A stretch of 64,000 nt of DNA from a virus (lineage: Duplodnaviria; Caudoviricetes). The position numbers and the translations under genes are program-made. Position 1 is the first letter of the stretch. Each line of letters opens with the position of its first letter. This document shows, piece after piece, positions 59,955-64,000 of this stretch. The notes under the pieces are model-generated. The model was not told the DNA's origin. It ran no database searches and saw nothing but the letters and a program-made list of their open reading frames with translations. The stretch is taken from the IMG/VR virus record IMGVR_UViG_3300021791_000001, positions 715 to 64,714 of that record. The stretch is one strand, 5' to 3'.

Positions 59955-60238
59955 ATGGCACAAATTAAGGAACCCAAGGTACACCATAGGAGGGCAGTGA
60001 CCTGTGAGTGTGGTAAAGAATACTGCATAGAGTGTGAGACTAATTGTCCTAGGTGTCATAGTCCACATATCAAATATTAGAGGAGGGCTTAACCATGGAA
60101 TACTTCTGTATAGTGTGTGATGCACTGGCATTGACCCAGACCAATGGCGTTAGTACCTGTTCCCAATGTCGGAAGGTAGTATGCCAGAGGTGTCTAGCGG
60201 AGACACTGGAAAGCTGTGTAGCCAAACCGGAGAAGTAG
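59955..60238 (+). CDS. Two Cys-rich microproteins not in track (59955-60080, 41 aa, 6 Cys; 60095-60238, 47 aa, 7 Cys)
   Basis: CECGKEYCIECETNCPRCH; CIVC...CSQC...CQRC; second has SD AGGAGG. Confidence 0.55.
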
Positions 60239-60247
60239 GTGTACCCA

Positions 60248-60284
60248 AGGCTAGCCAATTCTTGGCTAGCCTATCAAATCAAAT
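60248..60284 (+). repeat. Inverted-repeat element copy 1
   Basis: AGGCTAGCCA-ATTCT-TGGCTAGCCT-ATCAAATCAAAT. Confidence 0.75.
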
Positions 60285-60300
60285 TTGGAGGGAGTAGGTA

Positions 60301-60864
60301 ATGGATTACGACAGACCCATAGTAGCAGGTCAGTACCCTACCCAAGTATCACCAGCTATCAGTCAGTATGCTGTAGACCAGATGGGACAGGAGTTCCAAA
60401 TAGAGACAATAGAGGGACTCTTTAACAGCCTAGACCAATCAGAGGTGTACCACATAGTGAAAGAGATACTACCAGATAGTATCAAGCTACAGATTCTGGA
60501 GGCTATGATTAAAGAGCATAACAGAGTGATGGACTTCAGACAGAAAGCATGGGAACACCTACCAAGCATGGCTAAGCTAGAGATGGATAGGCAAGAGATT
60601 AAGTGTTGGGATTGTCAGCATATATACGACACATTCAAACAGTATCTAGGTATATACCCTTTCAGCCATACCAGTGATGACGGTAAGGTTAACAGATGGT
60701 GGCGTGGCGGTAGAGAGGGTAAGTTACGGTATATACAGAATACCATTAGAGAGAAGATACGATTAGGAAACCCTAGAGAGACTACAGAGCGAACAGTTAT
60801 GGAACAACACCAGACTATAGAATCCATAGAGAGAGACATAGAGTCTGTAACCGGAGAGGCATAG
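60301..60864 (+). CDS. Hypothetical protein
   Basis: SD GGAGG. Confidence 0.55.
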   Translation: MDYDRPIVAGQYPTQVSPAISQYAVDQMGQEFQIETIEGLFNSLDQSEVYHIVKEILPDSIKLQILEAMIKEHNRVMDFRQKAWEHLPSMAKLEMDRQEIKCWDCQHIYDTFKQYLGIYPFSHTSDDGKVNRWWRGGREGKLRYIQNTIREKIRLGNPRETTERTVMEQHQTIESIERDIESVTGEA

Positions 60865-61128
60865 CCATACAACATATGGGAACTAATAGGTTAACCAATA
60901 CTACATATAGTAGTGTATAAGTATACTAGGTTAGCCTACACAGGGAACAGAATTCCAAATACAGGGAACAGCATATGGTATCTGGTACAGTACGCTATAC
61001 CATATGTAGTAGACAACATAGCGGTACACATACATAGGCCACTGGTACTGTATCCTAACCTCTGCTCACTGGTTAGGGTACGGTACTGGTAGGCTTCCTT
61101 ATGGTACTGTACCGTCCCATACGGCAGG

Positions 61129-61157
61129 TTGCAAAAATTTTTGCCGACGGATATAGT
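61129..61157 (+). promoter_or_regulatory. Early promoter cassette H
   Basis: TTGCAA-AAATTTTTGCCGACGGA-TATAGT. Confidence 0.8.
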
Positions 61158-61224
61158 GGCTACATCGACCACAGACAGCACTGATGGACAGTGACTAAAT
61201 ACAAGCTGTGGTCTAGGGGACAGT

Positions 61225-61620
61225 ATGACACAAGACCAGATACAGGCCATCATAGCAGAACAACACGGTGACCTATTCATGCCAGAGCTTGGTATCCTAC
61301 CTCCAACCGTAACAGTAGGCGAAGGGTTTGTTGCTTACACTAGCCCAGTAGATGTTAACGGTAACAGGCTAGGCGATGGCGGTAAACTAGTGGTATTGGT
61401 AGCCTGTGAATTCGACCCGATAGCTACCGATAAGACAGGCAAACCAGACCCAGAGACAGGTATCGGTACTGGTAAAAATTGGAAGGGCGGAAGCATAGGC
61501 AACGTATCCATACCATACAACCGTAAGGCTAGGAAGTCGGATGGTACGGTACAGAGTGACCTAGTGACCATGCTAGCTACAGTGAACGTCTACCGTAAGG
61601 GACAGCATCCGGTAGGCTAG
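61225..61620 (+). CDS. Beta-rich protein, paralog 1
   Basis: Aligns with 62220..62660. Confidence 0.6.
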   Translation: MTQDQIQAIIAEQHGDLFMPELGILPPTVTVGEGFVAYTSPVDVNGNRLGDGGKLVVLVACEFDPIATDKTGKPDPETGIGTGKNWKGGSIGNVSIPYNRKARKSDGTVQSDLVTMLATVNVYRKGQHPVG

Positions 61621-62141
61621 GGGACAGGGTACGGTAGGGGACAGACCCCTACCGTATCCATTCACCTTGATCGTGATATATCCCCCTCCCCCACGGTGTT
61701 CCCCCAGAAGGAGGATATATCCCCCTCCCCCTCTCGTCCCCCTAGGGAAGGTTGATCCCCCTCAGGGACACCTAGGCAGGGAACAGTGTAGGGAACTATA
61801 GGGTAGGGATCAGTACCTAGGGGAGTACTAGGCAGGGTACCTGATACAGTAGCCTATGGAGTAGGTACTAGGAACTACTACCCTATAGTAGGTACTAGGA
61901 ATAGTAGCCTATGTCCTAGGAACAGGTACTGGGAATTCGGGGAACAGTAGTAGTACCCCGGTTAGTAGAGTACCCCTAGGCGGTCCATAGAAGCCCATAC
62001 AGAGGCGTATAGTACCGTATAGGTCTTATACCCTACAGTGGTCTGGTAGTAGTCTGATAGTGGTCTGGTGGCCTAGTATCTGATAAGGTGGTCAGTTTCC
62101 TATTATAGGCAAAAATTCCGGTACAGTACCATACCCAAAAG

Positions 62142-62170
62142 TTGCCAAAATTTTCTTTGACGGATATAGT
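62142..62170 (+). promoter_or_regulatory. Early promoter cassette I
   Basis: TTGCCA-AAATTTTCTTTGACGGA-TATAGT. Confidence 0.8.
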
Positions 62171-62219
62171 ACTCTCATCGACCAGCAACAAGGTTGGCGA
62201 TTGAGGATACATTACAGTT

Positions 62220-62660
62220 ATGGCTAACAAAGAGAATACAGTATTACAAGTCACCCAGAAAGTTATCCTTGAGCCTACAGTAGATGGGCACTTTCAAGTA
62301 TTTCCCGATGGCGTCAAAGTAGGACAGACCATTATAGGTTACACTGCCACCCATACAGAACAAGGGGATATGATAGCAGGTGGTGGTCAATTGGTAGCCT
62401 TAGTAGTCGTACCATTTGATATGTTCAGTAGTGAACGAACGGGTACTAGTGACAAGGTGGGTAAAAATTTCAAGGGTGGCAATAGCAAGGTTACTTGTCG
62501 GGTGACTGTTCCCATCATTAGGCAAGACTTATCAGTGGTTACCGATGGCGATGGAAACATCATTACACAGTCCATATCCTTAGGTGGTAGTGCTAACATC
62601 TGGCGGGAAACTGTCATACAAGAGGGTATGCTAGGGGGTGCGACACCACCAGTAGTATAG
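62220..62660 (+). CDS. Beta-rich protein, paralog 2
   Basis: Aligns with 61225..61620. Confidence 0.6.
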   Translation: MANKENTVLQVTQKVILEPTVDGHFQVFPDGVKVGQTIIGYTATHTEQGDMIAGGGQLVALVVVPFDMFSSERTGTSDKVGKNFKGGNSKVTCRVTVPIIRQDLSVVTDGDGNIITQSISLGGSANIWRETVIQEGMLGGATPPVV

Positions 62661-62702
62661 AATGGTAGGTGGTGGCCTAGGCCACCACCACCTAGTTAGC
62701 CA

Positions 62703-62743
62703 ATGGTCGATTAGAACATTAGTTCTAGTCGGCCATTTTTTTT
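62703..62743 (+). terminator. Rho-independent terminator
   Basis: ATGGTCGATTAGAAC-ATTA-GTTCTAGTCGGCCAT then T run. Confidence 0.75.
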
Positions 62744-62799
62744 GGCCCTATAGGATATATCCCCCTCCCCCCTGCGTTCCCCCTATATACCATATCAGG

Positions 62800-62828
62800 T
62801 TGCAGAAATTTTCCTTGACGGCTACTAT
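62800..62828 (+). promoter_or_regulatory. Early promoter cassette J
   Basis: TTGCAG-AAATTTTCCTTGACGGC-TACTAT. Confidence 0.75.
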
Positions 62829-62895
62829 AGTGTTAGTTAAGGGCTAGAGGCTACCTTGACTTAGCTAGTTTCAAATTTAGATTATAGAGGTGTCT

Positions 62896-63087
62896 ATGTA
62901 CATTGGTTTTAAATTACATGAGGTGTCTAGTTTCCTTGAACCCGAATATTCTATAGTAAAGAATACATCTAGTTTGACCGCTCATTATATGGAACAAGTA
63001 TCTAATGCTATTGCTAGTTTAGGTAGTGACCATGAATGTAATAGTTTAATCTTAATTCCCGAGCCGATATGGGAGTTTAGTTTCTAA
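62896..63087 (+). CDS. Hypothetical protein
   Basis: SD GAGG after promoter J. Confidence 0.45.
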   Translation: MYIGFKLHEVSSFLEPEYSIVKNTSSLTAHYMEQVSNAIASLGSDHECNSLILIPEPIWEFSF

Positions 63088-63131
63088 TCTAGTTTCTGGT
63101 AGCGTTTCCTCTAGAACGCTACACTTCCAAG

Positions 63132-63160
63132 TTGCCTAAATTTTCCTTGACGGTTATAGT
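63132..63160 (+). promoter_or_regulatory. Early promoter cassette K
   Basis: TTGCCT-AAATTTTCCTTGACGGT-TATAGT. Confidence 0.75.
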
Positions 63161-63206
63161 AATCGTAGTCAAGGCGATAGACCAAATAAATATAGAGGTG
63201 TTTACA

Positions 63207-63449
63207 ATGGAGAATATGCACAATGTGGTATCAGTTATAGTCCAGATAATCTGCCCAGACTGTAACAAAATGATTGGCCCAATGTTTAAAGATGGCGATT
63301 CGTTAGAGGGTGTTGAAGCTACGAATATGTACACTCTACATCAACACTCTCATTATGATGACCCAAATAAAACTCTACGGTTACCCATTTTTCAAACCTA
63401 TACAGTAGAGGCTAACGGGTTAATTACAGACTATGGAAAGTTTATCTAG
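63207..63449 (+). CDS. Small Cys/His protein
   Basis: SD GAGG; CPDC...HQH. Confidence 0.5.
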   Translation: MENMHNVVSVIVQIICPDCNKMIGPMFKDGDSLEGVEATNMYTLHQHSHYDDPNKTLRLPIFQTYTVEANGLITDYGKFI

Positions 63450-63456
63450 GTATCTA

Positions 63457-63493
63457 AGGCTAGCCATTAATTGGCTAGCCTATCAAATTAAAT
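63457..63493 (+). repeat. Inverted-repeat element copy 2
   Basis: AGGCTAGCCA-TTAAT-TGGCTAGCCT-ATCAAATTAAAT. Confidence 0.75.
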
Positions 63494-63507
63494 ATAGAGG
63501 TTATAAG

Positions 63508-63903
63508 ATGTTTCAAACATTCACCAATAGGTTGAACCCAATGACCCTAATCATCCTGCTACTAGGTGCGTTAGCACTAGGCATTGTTACTACCGCTTGG
63601 CTATTCGCAGAGGATAAGGTCAAGGAACTATCACCGCCCACCATGTACCAGATGACGGTAGTAGCAGATATAACCCTAGTGCCTAATCACATAACCGGTC
63701 AAATAGAGTGTCAATCAACAGAAGGCAGGGTAAGGTATCCTACCTTCTATGCCACTGCCACTGCTGGAATGGACGGTCACGCTAGGGCTAACGGTCAAGG
63801 CTACCCGATGGAAACATTAAGACCACCGCTTACGCTTGATATGAAAGTTATCAAGTGTATAGGCATGGGTAATTGGTATCCTAACAAGTTATCATTTGAT
63901 TAG
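63508..63903 (+). CDS. N-terminal TM hypothetical protein
   Basis: SD AGAGG; TLIILLLGALALGIVTTAWLF. Confidence 0.55.
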   Translation: MFQTFTNRLNPMTLIILLLGALALGIVTTAWLFAEDKVKELSPPTMYQMTVVADITLVPNHITGQIECQSTEGRVRYPTFYATATAGMDGHARANGQGYPMETLRPPLTLDMKVIKCIGMGNWYPNKLSFD

Positions 63904-63917
63904 CTTAGTTTGATAAT

Positions 63918-63956
63918 AAGGACTTACATAATTTCGATTATGTAGGTCCTTTTTTT
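63918..63956 (+). terminator. Rho-independent terminator
   Basis: AAGGACTTACATAAT-TTCG-ATTATGTAGGTCCTT then T run. Confidence 0.88.
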
Positions 63957-64000
63957 ATGCCCATATCGACCCCCCCAGTTATGCAAAATCGGATAGGGGA

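Larger units (their letters stand above)
61675..62771. repeat. Exact 18-mer GATATATCCCCCTCCCCC, three copies (61675, 61714, 62754)
   Basis: Direct read; embedded in C5-tract non-coding DNA. Confidence 0.8.

Noticed and set aside
46452-63160. Repeated AAGTTGC...TTGACGG element as a CRISPR or mini-array
   Set aside because: Spacing is 0.3-3.3 kb with genes between copies, the copies are degenerate, and they fit promoter geometry.
866-63334. All minus-strand ORFs in the track
   Set aside because: They shadow longer + strand genes with clear motifs, lack SD sites and show no recognisable domains.
1-64000. tRNA genes, integrase, stop-codon recoding
   Set aside because: No T-loop/cloverleaf signature or recombinase motif noticed; genes read fully in the standard code. 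A tRNAscan run would be needed to exclude atypical tRNAs.

Overview
The window is part of a large tailed dsDNA bacteriophage (Caudoviricetes, siphovirus-like). Every credible gene is on the + strand. Layout: (1) 1-12.2 kb tail/neck module: C1q-like fibre, head-tail adaptor, tail terminator, 600-aa tail tube, tail chaperone with a -1 frameshift, short tape measure, Dit-like protein, and a hub/central-fibre protein with an S74 chaperone. (2) 12.2-23.7 kb regulation, replication and recombination: sigma-70-family factor, DnaB, DnaG, gp32-like SSB, dCMP deaminase, PolA, RecA, Cas4-like nuclease, UvsY-like protein, ThyX, RuvC. (3) 23.7-46.3 kb packaging and head: TerS, TerL, class II RNR, portal, a membrane-protein cluster, metallophosphoesterase, trypsin-like protease, scaffold, HK97-fold capsid, prohead protease with a HiPIP-like Cys4 domain, metallothionein-like peptide, MOA-like Cys protease. 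(4) 46.4-64 kb early/accessory region of small ORFs (Mom-like, Nmad1, DUF932, many Cys-rich microproteins). It is punctuated by 11 copies of a sigma70-type promoter cassette with an exact 17-bp spacer whose sequence is itself conserved, plus repeated hairpins and C5/G-tract non-coding blocks near the right end. Most interesting signals: the promoter-cassette array and its associated operator-like elements; a structured non-coding element with a 16-nt complement to the 16S rRNA 3' end; the metallothionein-like and HiPIP-like metal-binding pair; a YDD-repeat membrane module; and two proteases but no recognisable endolysin. Family assignments come from motif recognition by eye; no database searches were run. 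No tRNA, CRISPR array, integrase, intron, intein or DGR was seen.
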